From NCBI GenBank assembly GCA_002269645.1, contig NIVC01000131.1, positions 124,001 through 188,000 of the forward strand: a DNA stretch of 64,000 bases, in the 5' to 3' direction. A program made the position numbers and the translations under genes. The stretch comes from Macrostomum lignano (taxonomy: Eukaryota). Shown here in pieces: positions 25,356 through 48,552 of the stretch; the first letter of the stretch is position 1, and every line of letters starts with the position of its first letter. Under the pieces are notes generated by a model. It was not told the origin of the DNA, did not search any database, and worked only from the letters and a program-made list of their open reading frames with translations.

Positions 25356-26185
25356 TTTAAAAAGTCTTTTAGTTTTCCTGACGTTGAAAAGCTTTAATTA
25401 AAAAATTTTTTGCACTCATATAATTCAACACTTAAAATCCAAGCATAGAGTAAATCACACGAAGCAGTTATGACATAATCAATTTCTCAGTCAGTCAGTA
25501 TCAGTTAACAATATGGTTACGCAATTTAAATCAAGTCTGGTGCTACGCTTCCACACTGCATTTTCAATTCAAGTCGGAGTTACAATTCAGTTATGATGCA
25601 ATCTATTTCAGAATTAGAATTCAACCAGTCAGTTTTTTCTCTAGCATTCTTACAATGCATTTCAAGTCGAAAAGTTTGCTTGACCTTTGCAAAAAAGCAT
25701 GTTTTTCGAATATTTAATGCCTTTAGCATTGAGCAATTTCTTATCCACGATGCATGTACCGTCACGGGAAAATTTCTGATCGAACAGTGCAAGTTCGAAC
25801 AAAATCGGTCCAGCCATTTTTTCTCTAATCTATCACATATATATATATATATATAGACATCACATTTTTAGTATATAGGAGGTTCCTATAGGTACATAGT
25901 TTTGATTTTTAGTATATTGGATCTCCGCAGACCGGTGAATTTTTTCCAGGAAATTGGCCTTCTATAAAAATTACACGATCTTTCAATTTCCCTGAGCAGG
26001 CACATACTGGTAAGTGCGCGGATACGTACGCAGTCATACGCACAGGCACACACTCACACAGGATCGAGTGTACAGCTGCCCTAAATTTATTTATCGTTAG
26101 GCATGTACTACTTCACTGTGCGTTGGGGGGTTGGCCCCCCCCCCCCAAGCATGAGCAGAGCCAAGCCGAGATTCCAATTTAGCCC

Positions 26186-26830
26186 TCAAGATCGCAGCGC
26201 CACCATATCGCCGCGCCAGAGATCAGACAGGCGCTCAACTCCGTTGGTGCTGCGGAAGACGAGGGCCAGCCGATCCAGGAGGTAAAATTGCTCCGGAAAC
26301 TCGCCACTGAGCCTGCAGACACCGCCCGGCCGCGATGCCTGTACGGTTCCGATAGCAGGTACGTGTAGACTCTGGACAGTAGTCCGCCCTGGTCTGCGAG
26401 ACCAGGATTTGCTGTTTGCGAGGACCAACGTAGTGCGCCATAAACGTCCAGGAGGTAGCCTTCCAGAGCCGGTTGAAACTTGTGGTGGTGCCGGATTGCA
26501 TGGATCACTTAGTGGAACGCCTGCTGGACCAGGATCGCGCCTCGACTTCCTCCAGAAGGCGTTTTGGTCCTATGGGCGGTCGGAGACGATGGTGGCAATG
26601 GCGATATAGCTGTCTGAGGATGGCGGCGTTGCTGGCCGCGCAGGTGATGACATCCTGGAGGGCCAATCGGATCGCAATGAGGTCCACTTAAAAGAGCTAG
26701 GCTGCACCAACGGCCGGTGCATGTTGGTAAGTCTGCCACCAGGTCCGCCAGGATCAATCCCAGCGGGACCGTAATTCCAGCTCTCGTGTCCCATGCCAGC
26801 CCAGCCAGTGTCTAGAGCTGCTCGGAGGCC
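26186..26830 (-). pseudogene. Degenerate non-LTR retrotransposon 3' fragment (RNase H + C-terminal zinc knuckle)
   Basis: Across frameshifts reads AGITVP..GRWCS..DLIAIRLALQ..AIL/SDSYIAI (RNase H-like), then CRLSGEFPEQFYLLDRLAL..R..LSDLW (decayed CCHC/CPAL motif). Confidence 0.55.
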
Positions 26831-27044
26831 TACTGGATAATGGAGCTGTTTTTTATGTTGTTGCTGTTGTTTCTGTGGGTTTTGTTTCGCAGTCCTTGTA
26901 AAACTAAAAAAAGGAAAAGGCTGCAATTTATTCTGCAACCAGGCAATCTCACAGCTTTTTGAGGACAACATGCATTTTTCAAATCTCAGTCAATGAAAGC
27001 CCAGTCAGCAAATCTTTTTCAGACTCCATTCCCTCTTATTATTA

Positions 27045-27190
27045 TCCCTTAGCAACCATTCCCTCTCAGCACCATTCCCCTCAAGCATCATCCCCTCAGC
27101 ATCATTCCCACAAGCATCATCCCCTCAGCATCATTCCCTCAGCATCATCCCCTCAGCATCATCTCCTCAGCATCATCCCTTCAGCATTAT
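27045..27190. repeat. Short tandem CCTCAGCATCAT(C/T)CC repeats
   Basis: ~15-bp units, with scattered copies to ~27430. Confidence 0.8.
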
Positions 27191-28371
27191 TATTGCAAAT
27201 TTTTGCACTTACTTTCATATACAGCAGTCTTTTTAGCGGTTGTGAAGTTTCGCGATTGTGAACTAGCTTTCACGTTTATCATGGAAGTGGGTGATTTAGC
27301 TTATGAAATTTCCCGTTTGTGAAAGCAACCCCTTCAAGCATCATCACCTCAGCATCGTCACTTTAGCATAACTCCCCCTCAGAATCAGTGGCTCGTGAGC
27401 AACATACCCTCTCAGTATCAACCCCCAGCATCAAAAATCTTATATTAGCATCATTCCCATTCAGAACTATTCCTTATTCATTCAAATAATTCCCACAGTG
27501 CCAATCAAAATCGTAATTTATGCCAAATAATTCAGTAATAACAAGAGAGTTTTTGTTATGCTTCAAAAAGGTTTAAAAATATAATAAAAACTAAATTTCT
27601 TGAATCAACATCTTAATTCTTGAAATTTTCTCTTCAGCCTTTCCATGGTGGCTCAAAATTAAACTCTCAATAATTTGGTCACAAGTAGACTTCAACAACA
27701 CCACTCACTCTTCTAGCATAGATCCTAAGCCTATAGTGTCCCTACAGTGCAGCTGTTCCGCCTACTTAAAGCTTTAAGTTTAAAGCTTTACTTTAACTCT
27801 TTCCCTCTAAAACTTATGTTATTTTGGTGAAATTAAGTTAAAAAGTTGTCACTTGTCAGTTAAAATTAAATTCTACTATTAAATAGTTACTTTTTAAAAG
27901 ATTTGCCCAGAATTATTTCGCTGATAATTGACTTGCTCTTTCCGCATAAATTTTACATGTATATTCATTTACTTTGAATTATAAATCCATTTATGCTACT
28001 TTTATATTTCTCGTCATTGCATGGACAACTATAATTGTTTCTCACAAGCGCAACTCAATCTTAAGTCACTCTCCTGCCCTGAGTGGTTAAAACACAATCT
28101 AGATTACCCTCTAGTAACGAGTTCCTTTCCATTAATTACATTTATTCTGATAATCAGTTATCCAAAATTCCTAAAAATTGTCGCTTGACAAAAATATAAC
28201 GGGTTTACGCTAAATCGCACTTGACATTTCTATCGCTCACAAGAGTTGCATATGCATGTAGCCTAAACTGAATAAAAAATCTACATTCAACCTAAACTTA
28301 GCTTCTTTTCTAAAAATACCATCTCAGTTGGATTATCATTGAGTATAAAAATATTATACATAAACTGCACA

Positions 28372-29643
28372 GGGTCTACGATGTTTGCCTGCGGGACGTT
28401 TGCCAGCCGGCGTTTGCCTGCGGGACGTTTGCCAGCCGACGTTTGCCTGCGGGACGTTTGCCAGCCGACGTTTGCCAGCCGACGTTTGCCAGCCGACGTT
28501 GGCCAGCGGGACGTTTGCCAGCCGACGTTTGCCTGCGGGACGTTTGCCAGCCGACGTTTGCCTGCGGGACATTTGCCTGCCGACGTTTGCCAGCCGACGT
28601 TTGCCAGCCGACGTTTGCCTGCGGGACGTTTGCCTGCGGGAAGTTTGCCAGCCGACGTTTGACAGCGGGACGTTTGCCAGCCGACGTTTCCCTGCGGGAC
28701 GTTTGCCAGCCCTCCAAAATGATACAATGGGGCATAGGTTTTAATTTTTGGTGCGGCTAGGGAAGAGAAGGCGGCTACAGACATGTCAGTGCATGCTTGT
28801 TGTTGGCCATGACAGCGTGCACTTGACAAGGCGCTTGCAGGAATTAGTTCGCTTACTTTTGGATCTCCCATGAACTGGGAAATATTCAATTTAAAATTTC
28901 AATTCAATTCAATTTAAATTTTATTTTCTCAAAACTTGGCTCGCTGGAGATTCCCATTCAAATTTGCGTGTCAATTCATTCGCAAATCATGAAATCGCAA
29001 ATCATGAATTCGCAAATCATGCAAAATCAAACATCTTAAACTGGGAAAGTGATACAAAACTGGCAGAAGTAAACTTTATAATAATATTTTTACATTCAAT
29101 TAAAGATGATGATGAACTGCTAAATATTAATTAATTTATAGCGTATAGATTTTGTTTTCGATTTATACATCATACGAATAAGTTAGCCGTCAATTCAAAA
29201 GTTGGACTAAAATTGTTTTTTCCAAAACAGCTAAACTGCGAATATTTCAGTATCACATTCACTCCGACTTGCTGTTGGCTGGCAAATGTCGGCTGGCAAA
29301 CGTCCTGCAGGCAAACGTCCCGCAGGCAAACGTCGGCTGGCAAACGTCGGCTGGCAAACGTCGGCTGGCAAACATCGGCTGGCAAATGTCGGCTGGCAAA
29401 CGTCGGCTGGCAAACGTCCCGCAGGCAAACGTCCCGCAGGCAAACGTCGGCTGGCAAACGTCCCGCAGGCAAACGTCGGCTGGCAAACGTCGGCTGGCAA
29501 ACGTCGACTGGCAAACTTCCCGCAGGCAAACGTCGGCTGGCAAACGTTCCGCAGGCAAACGTCGGCTGGCAAACGTCGGCTGGCAAACTTCCCGCAGGCA
29601 AACGTCGGCTGGCAAACGTCCCGCAGGCAAACGTCGCTATCCC
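28372..29643. mobile_element. Mutator/Foldback-type non-autonomous element with 9-bp TSD and modular repeat arms
   Basis: TSD AACTGCACA at 28363-28371 and 29644-29652; termini GGG...CCC; left arm (GGGACGTTTGCCAGCCGACGTTTGCCTGC)n at 28380-28708 is inverted relative to the right arm at 29278-29636. Confidence 0.85.
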
Positions 29644-30677
29644 AACTGCACATATATTTAGCGTAATATAACGTAACATTGATCTTAATAAATAAAGACA
29701 CTAGTGAATAAAAATATTTCTTAAGTTCTTTTTAGTTAATAAAAATTGCAAATTAAAAAAATCCTTTCAAATGCATATGCTTGAACTACCTTTGTTATAA
29801 CAACTGCAGCACGAATTTGCTAACAAAATGTTTTTGAAGTTAGCGTCTTTCCAAGAGTACCTCGACATTAGGGAACGGAGAAAAAATTCAATCTGTGCAT
29901 AAGCTTCTGGTAAATATCGCTAGTAATTGTTTGTTTTTTTGCTATCTTAAAAGATTAAAAATATGGTAAAAAACTCAAATTTAATTGTGTTTAGCATCAA
30001 CGCTATTACATGTATATCTAGATATTTTATATTTATCCATCCAAGTACACGTACATACTGATACTGCGTGGGAGAATCGATTCATTAGATTTGAATATTA
30101 TTATTCGAATGACCTTATATTTAGGTAACAATAAAAACTCAATATGAAGTTTTGGAATTTTTTATAACTGAAGCAAACTATATATTTAAAATGTACAGCC
30201 TACTCAAATTTGTTGCATTTATATTTCTAACTATTGTGGTATAACTAGCTATTAAAAAAATTCAAATATAGCACAAGCATTGATTTACATGTTAAGCTGT
30301 TTGTTTTCTTCACATTTACATGAAATTTAAACACACAAGCAAGTAAGAAAATAGTTTGAAATATAGCTTGCTATAGTCCTACTAAAGAATTTAAGATCAT
30401 TAGAGCTGTACAAAAGAAACCAAAAGTATTGCTTATAAAACTCATCAATTTTATTACAATGCTTATCACTTCAGAGTTTTATTCTAACTCCGTTGTAGAC
30501 AAGGTAGATCTCAAAAGTCTAAATTAGCTCTTAGCTATATGCATTTTTACCTAGATATCTGTTCAGTAGAATTTTATTCCAGATTATTACTGCAGATTTA
30601 ACTTTGTATATTTCATTTTGTTTTTGCAGAAAAACTTTTGATTTGCCATTGCTGACTTATTTCCATTGCCTCTGTTT

Positions 30678-41450
<10,773 letters not shown>

Positions 41451-41619
41451 GCAATGATGGAGACTTCTGATTAGTGATGTCAGATGGACACTGGGTAGAG
41501 TTGCTATGGGGATTCCCTGAGATTCTATAAGGGTTATTTATTTTACAAAATCTGGTGGCATCCCTCATGAGAGCTCTTTATGAGATTTCATCAGAGCTAT
41601 GGGAGGTTTTTTAATACTT

Positions 41620-41805
41620 ATCCATAAGATTTGATGAGAATTATGCATAAGATTTGATGAGAATTGTCCATAAGATTTGATGAGAATTCTCCAAAAAATT
41701 TTATGAGAATTGTCCATAAGATTTGATGAGAATTGTCCATAAGTTTTGATGAAAACTCTCCGTAATATTCAATGAGAATTCTCTATGAGATTTGATAAGA
41801 ATTCT
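41620..41805. repeat. Degenerate ~22-bp repeats (GTCCATAAGATTTGATGAGAATT) downstream of the CPEB stop, putative 3' UTR
   Basis: ~7 copies. Confidence 0.75.
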
Positions 41806-44179
41806 CCGCAACATTGATAGAAATTCCATTTGATACTCGTAGCTATTCTCCCTAAGGTTAATGATCTCCCAGAATTAAATTTCAAGTTCTTCATAATTTT
41901 TGCTCCAACAATCAGCTTGGCGTTGTCAAAGAAGCACTTGTGTGCCCAAAGCTGTGTCAATCAAGTGGCCGCCGGAAACGCACGCTTTTCTTCTATTTTT
42001 CCTGTTTTTTAGCCCGTTGTTTTTAGCCGTCAAAAGCATTGTGCCCTTTTTAAACAGAAATATTTTTGCTTTTTGAAGAGTTTTTAGTAAATAAATAAAA
42101 AATTCTCCTCAACTACTCATTTAGCCAACTGTTTGTCTGGCATGGAATGGCGGTTTTTCCATGGGTTTTCCATAGAAGCCCCTTGGTTCTGATTTGCAGA
42201 TATTCATATTCTATGCAGTAAGCCGTTACCTTTTAGCCAAGCGAAAGTCATTTGTTTTAACCAATTAGCAGACTTTGACTGACAATAATTTGCTGGCTAG
42301 TTGTCGCACAATTTTATACTAACAGTAGTATAATCAGCTTATAACATTTTATATTCCTTGTTATGCATTGTGCCGGAATCCAAGATGTTGCCCAGTTGCT
42401 GTTGTTGGTGTTTGCATTACTATTCTGTCAGTAAACCACGCGCAGTTACTGAAGACTGGTGTGTTCTTCAGCTTCCCTGTCCTTTTGCGGTTGCATATTG
42501 ATGTTTTATTATGATTTCTTCCTCTTGTGTTGCCTCCGTGCTTTTTCTGCTATTTTTCTATTCCACTAATAAACAGACCAAAGCGCTGTGTCGCGGACCA
42601 GCAGAATAGCAGTGGAATCCAGACTTTCCCCAGCTATAGTATTAGAGAGACAATTACAGGTGATTCCAAACGGATAACGCACTGGTTGATAATATTTTAG
42701 CTTGAAATATTTTTGTATTCGTCGCGTTTCAATGTCGTTTTTGTTATACTGCTAAATTTTTGTATAAATCCAGAAAATAGCCGGCTATATAAAAAGACTA
42801 TAAAAAGCACACTTTATTTAAACAACTGCCCAAGTTTGGATTGCTGTGTTTTTTACAACTAACCTCTGCAGTTACAGAATTTGTACTCTTGTAGTATTGG
42901 TTTTTACAGAACCTCCCTGCTGTAATAGCATTTCCTATTTTACCAAATCCTGCACTTTGATCGCATCTCTGCCCATCGCTTTGGGGTTCAAAGATATTTT
43001 CGTGTTTAAATTGGCGCGAAAATTTCAGACTCTTAGTTCTATTATGATTTCGGATGATGATTATCAAATTTAAATTAACAAATGTCAATGTTTTGGATTT
43101 TCTTAAAATTTGAAATCAACACGACGTAAAGAAGACACAAAGACACAAACAACTTCAATTTTGTCTCGTGTCCCTACTTGAACATGTTCTACTTTAATTA
43201 TTCAATAGTGAAGCAATGTCGGCTCTTCGCTCTTAATAATTATTGCGTGAATTCATTTTATTGGCAGGTTTGGTTTTTCGTTAGTTTTTGTCATTGAAAC
43301 CATTGGTGGCCCAACCGCAACTCTCTTTCTCCTTTCAGAACTCATTTTGGTGATTGGACACTATTATACAATTCAAATGCTTTATCATTTGTGGCTTCTT
43401 TCCTTTTTTGTGTTCGTCTTGCAATTATATTTTGTTTCTTAAAATAGAATTTAAAACACACAAAAAACGATTGAGTAAAATTGCTGTTTGTCCTGTGGCT
43501 GCACATTGTGAATTATCAATGCAGTTTGCGACTTTCTCATTTACAAATATTACATTATGCTGCAAGATTAAATGAGTTTAAGAGACAAATTCAAGTTTTT
43601 TATTCATGCAGATTTTGTTCTTTCATACATCCAGAAGAATGTTAAAAGATTATAAGCTTTAATATGTAAGAGTACTCGTAGTTTATGATTAACTTCCGGT
43701 TTAATGCGCTTTTTATATTTATCGGGACACGAATTAAGGACTACCAGTTGTCCTTGACACACACGGAAGTGGATTGGATAAACAGGCTATTCTTCAATAC
43801 AATGGACAACTTAATACTGGTACAGAAGGCCGCAATTACAACCTGGATGAGAAAAAAATCCGATTAACTTAACAGAATGAAAGTAGCACCTTTATAAATT
43901 AGGAATGAAAACACCAACACTGAAGAAATGGGTGATCGATTTCTTAGAGTTTTATCACACTGCAAGCATTTTATGCGAATATTGTACAGAAGGGGTGCCT
44001 GACAAATATGAACTATAGAATTATTACTCATGGAGAAAAATGCCAAAAAGTTTTTTGTCTGAAACGGAAAATGTCAGCACGCCTACTAATTAGTAGGCGG
44101 ATTAGTAAGGAAACGGGTCAAAGCGGAAAACAGAGATAAATTGATTGATCAATGGTGGGGGCTAACAAACCTTGAACGG

Positions 44180-44510
44180 CATCCCTAAATCTCACAAATC
44201 CTAAATCCCACAAGCCCAAAATCTTACAAACCCTAAATCACACAAGCCCTAAATCTCATAAAACCTAAATCTCTCAATCCTAAATCTCTCAATCCCTAAA
44301 TCCCACAATTCATAAATCTCACAAACCCTACATCTCACCATCTCTAAATCTCACAATAACTAAATCTCACAAGCCCTAAATCTTACAATCTCTAAATCTC
44401 ACAAGCCCTAAATCTTACAATCTCTAAATCTCACAAGCCCTAAATCTCACCATCCCTAAATTACACAAACTCTAAACCTCACCGTCTTTAAAGCTCACAA
44501 ACTCCAAATC
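44180..44510. repeat. Degenerate ~19-bp CCCTAAATCTCACAAG repeats
   Basis: Visible tandem copies. Confidence 0.8.
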
Positions 44511-44621
44511 ACAATGTTATTCCACCTTTTAAAAAATCAAAACCCCACAAATTCACAAAATGCTTATAAAAACCCGACCCCATCTAGACCTAGAGCAGTT
44601 TAGCTGATTTCACTCGCTACT

Positions 44622-44925
44622 AAAAGTACTAAAGTACTAAAAGTACTAAAAGTACTAAGGTACTAAAAGTACTAATAAAGTACAAAAGTACTAATAGTAC
44701 TAAAGTACTAAAAGTACTAAGGTACTAAAAGTAATAAAAGTACTAAGGTACTAAAAGTACTAAAGTACTAATAAAGTACTAAAGTACTAATAGTACTAAA
44801 GTACTAAAAGTACTAAGGTACTAAAAGTACTAAGGTACAAAAGTACTAAAGCACTAAAAGTACTAAAAGTACTAAAGCACTAAAAGTACTAAAGCACACT
44901 CAAGTACTAAAGTACTAAAAGTGAC
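44622..44925. repeat. (AAAGTACT)n 8-9-bp microsatellite just downstream of the ENL/AF9 stop
   Basis: Direct repetition of the AGTACT core. Confidence 0.92.
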
Positions 44926-44943
44926 TGATAGGCGGCGCGTAGC

Positions 44944-47900
44944 TCAGGAGGCGCTGTCTGGCATGAGCAGATCGATCAGGCGCTTTACACAGTCTGGCCT
45001 GAGCCGGGCCAAGTCGAAATTCGCATAGTCTTTGTCTTTATTAGTCAGCGCCTCGGATTCGGCCAGCACGGAGGCGAGAATCTGCAGTCGGTCTGGATCG
45101 TCAAGCGAAGCGGCCAGCAGGCACAGCTGGAATCTCTGGTCGTATTCCTCCCGGCTGAGGCCAGACTGCGCCGACCACTGGTACTTGGGATGGCGGGCCA
45201 GGGCAGAGGACTCGGCAGCCATGGCAGCAGCCGAGATCGGTATGGAGGCAGCCGCCAGAGGCGAGGAATCCGCCGACGAGCTTGGCGGTTCGGCGCCAGC
45301 TGCCGGCCGGAAGCCGGTGCTCTCGACGCTAACCTGCGACATCAGCTCCGGATCGTCTTTGGGCCCAGCGGCCGACTGCAGATAGGGGCTGAGCATTGGC
45401 GGCTCAGCCTCCAGCATTGGCGGGGGCTGAGCTGCCTGAGGCTGGGTAGAAACTGCAGCCTGCGGCGCTTGCAGAGCCGCCACCTTCGCTTCAATTCCTA
45501 CAGTGTTGTCAACCGGCTGAAGCTGGTCGGAAACTGTGACAGCAACGGGGGCGGCGGCTGCCGGGGCGGCGGCTGCTGGGGCGGCCAAGGCGGAAGCTTC
45601 GGTGACGTCGTCTCCGTCCGGCTCGTCGTGGCGTCGGCGCTTTTTCTCTTTACCGCCCTCGTGTCGATGCCGGCGCCGTTCGTGCCGCTTCCGCTCGGCG
45701 TCGCTGTCGGAGTCGCTGCGGCTACGCGGCGCGCGATGATGGTGGTGTTGGTGCCGGTGGTGCTTCTCTTTCTTTCGTTTCTCCTTTTTTCGCTTTCGTC
45801 GATCGTCCTCGCTTTCGGTTGTTAAGCCGGGGGCGCCGCTGCCGCTTGGCTGCCAGCTGGCGGCGGATTCCGAGTAAGTCGCTGGCGGCTGCTGCGCAAC
45901 CGACGTTGGCGAAGACTTCATTGAATCGACGGCAACGTGCGGTGCAACAACGGCCACCATAGCTGGTGGAGCGGCTGTTGGCGGAGCGGACCAGCCCTGC
46001 TGCTGCTGCTGCTGTGGAGGGGGGTTCAGTGTGTAGGAGGAATCGGCCGGTGGCAGAGCAGAGACGGACGCCTCGGCTTTGACGGCAACTGGCAGCGGCG
46101 GCGGCGGTACCGCGCCGGGCGAAGATTTAATCGGACTTTTGGAGATTTTCAGCACCAGCTTCTCGTTTTTCATTTCGTCGGTGCGCAGCTCGGCAACTCG
46201 GGGCGGCGCTGGTGGCGGCGGCGGCGGCGGCGCCAACTGCTGCTGCGACAGGTCGAACTCGGAGACGGCCGGTGATGCCGCCACTGCTGGTTCGGTTTTG
46301 ACGGCTGCCGGCTGCTGCTTGGGCCGAGCCGAGTAGCCACCGGTGCCGCTGGATTCTCGAAGCTTCGCTTTGTTTGGCGAGGCCAGCCGACTGCCAACGA
46401 TGCTCCTGCCGCTGCCCGCCGCCGCCAACTGCGACTGCTGCTGTGGAGACTGCGGCAGCGAGCCGGAGTGGACAGCCAATTGGTTGGCCAACTGCTGCTC
46501 GTCAGTTGAAGAAGCCGGCGACGCGAAGGTTTGTTCATCGGCTGGCAGCAGCGCCGCAGTCGCAGCCTTGGACTTGCTCTTGGACCGCACCAGGCCGCTG
46601 CTGCCCGACCCTCCAAGCTTGCTGGTCTTGGCTGGCTTCACCTCGGCCGGGCCTAGCGGCGAATCCTCGGCCGGGTCCACCACAATCTGGTCAGTAATCA
46701 ATTAGAGGGGCATTGGTAGTGAGGCCAGGTAGCACAGGTAAAATAGGAAAGAAGTGACTCTAGACGACTCTAAAACTACAAATGTCCCGGTACAAGTTGA
46801 CAAAAAGTTGTCAGTTGCCTCAGAGCCACTTGAAGCGTTTTATTAGCTGCGACTCTGACAGGACGATATAACGACTCTGGGGCCATAAAGTCGTAAGACA
46901 ACGATTCTTGGGCGACTCATTAACGATTCTACAACTCACGTGACGCGATTGTGACGCAACAGTCGCTAAAGTCATTAGTGAATTGTTTGCAATCACTCTG
47001 TAGCGATTCTTGTCACAGTATAGTTTTAAATGGGGAGCGCAGTTGTAAATAGTGAGCACATTAGAGCACTTCAGGCATACGAGTACACAATGAGCAAGTC
47101 AGGTTACTTACCCCACCAGCCCGGATAAGCTTCTCCCTGAACTCCGGGGGTCGCGGATTCGCGATGGAAAACGATTTGATAGACTTGCAGTTAATATCTT
47201 TGTCAAGCATGAGAAACACTTCATATTCAAAACCGGCCATTGAATTGTTGAAGTGCAGCTCGATTTTCATTGGAAATGTGCCAAATGCTTTCTCCTCAAT
47301 TTCGAATGGAGGCTGGCTAACAACCCGCATGGGGTCGGGAAAGGTTGGGTGCAGCTGGAACACCACTCTTTCAACAAAGGATTCTAACTCGCCATGGCGG
47401 CCGCAGACCCACACTTTCCAGACGTGTGTGGCATTTTGTACACTGGAGTTTGGCAGCACCGGCTGAGTTGGTGCAGATGAGAGTCGCTTAGCCCAGTGGC
47501 CAATCTCAATCTCAATCTTTATCTGTGGGTGCCATTTAGTTAGCCATTCTTGATTGCACATGCTTTTAAAATAAATCATAAGTAAACAATCAATTTTAAG
47601 TATTTATTTAAAAAATCTATTTATAGTGGTATTTGTAAAACCAATTGCAAGTTAGTAAATGTTAACTATTGATCTAAAATAATCTACAAAATGATACTAA
47701 TAATATACTGCATTGATAATGCTATACCTTTTCCCTATTTGCTTGGTTTTCTAAGAAAATTTTAATGATTTTAATCATAAATAATTGATTTTAATGGGTT
47801 GTTATGCATTTTGGTATCTCAATTTGCATTTTAATATTCTAGTTTGTATTTGCCTATGTCCAACAATAAACTTTATCTAAAAATAGGGTAAGTTGTAAGT

Positions 47901-48552
47901 TTTTTGATAGATTGAATCAGTGATTTATTTTCTAATTCATTCTTTGAATCCCTATTAGGATAAATTTTAAAATGTCAGATTTATGAACATTGGGTGTCTA
48001 TCAAAAAAGTGCCAAGGGTCATTCTCTAGGATATAAGAGCAATGTCCATAGTCTGGATCATGCTGAGTGCATGCCCAAACAAAAATTGAATAATTAAAAA
48101 TGTACACCAAAAAATTGAGTATACACCCCATAGTCTAGATCATGGCAGACGTATGCCAGAATGTTTTTCAATGTTTTTCATGTTTTTTTCAATTTTATGG
48201 CGTCATAAAAAATTTTTATGCCAAAACTAAAATTGTTTATACGCCATTTTTTAACAAATAATCTATGCTTAACAAAGACAAAACGATTGTATCATATTTT
48301 GCAGACAAAGAAGTGGCGGACGAACTGGCTTCAGACGAAATGACTGTAAACCTATAGACTAGCTAGCTTCAAACCAATTCTTGTATTGTAGATCATGGCA
48401 CACAAGGATGACATAATTTGTAGTTGGCTTCGATTGTTTGCAATGCTAGGCTTTTTCAATTTATAATTCTAATAGAGCTCATTGTACTAAGACACAAAAA
48501 GAAACAATTTTAAAAGCCGCCAACTCACCTTCTCCTTCATTTTGCTGGTCAT
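44944..48552 (-). CDS. ENL/AF9: ENL/AF9 (MLLT1/MLLT3) family YEATS-domain protein, 3 exons, ~725 aa
   Basis: Exons 48552-48529 (MTSKMKEK), 47522-47112 (YEATS: IEIEIGH..THVW..VERVVFQLHPTFP..EFREKLIRAGG), 46686-44944 (low-complexity linker; C-terminal AHD-like NFDLARLRPDCVKRLIDLL); all phase-0 GT/AG junctions. Confidence 0.9.

Larger units (their letters stand above)
7164..25921 (-). mobile_element. Head-to-tail concatemer of non-autonomous Helitrons (~5 units)
   Basis: On the minus strand the outer 5' end is A|TCC at 25921 and the outer 3' end is hairpin + CTAG|T at 7164. Internal CTAG|TC junctions at 11470/11469, 16034/16033 and 19534/19533, with a CCCCAACGGGG-type hairpin ~13 nt before CTAG. 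A conserved ~500-bp 5' block recurs at 11010-11469, 15590-16033, 19090-19533, 25440-25880 (diverged at 22680-23495). No Rep/Hel ORF. Confidence 0.85.

Noticed and set aside
11159-25856. Recurrent ORFs MMQSISE.. and MSDMKGVMEK..
   Set aside because: Translations of the repeated Helitron terminal blocks; they vary by indels and show no protein motif
28287-29701. Many overlapping ORFs (RRLANVGWQTS repeats)
   Set aside because: Open frames created by the GC-rich foldback arm repeats
42360-44050. Hydrophobic short ORFs that might be exons of a membrane protein
   Set aside because: No consistent splice chain or recognisable motif could be built
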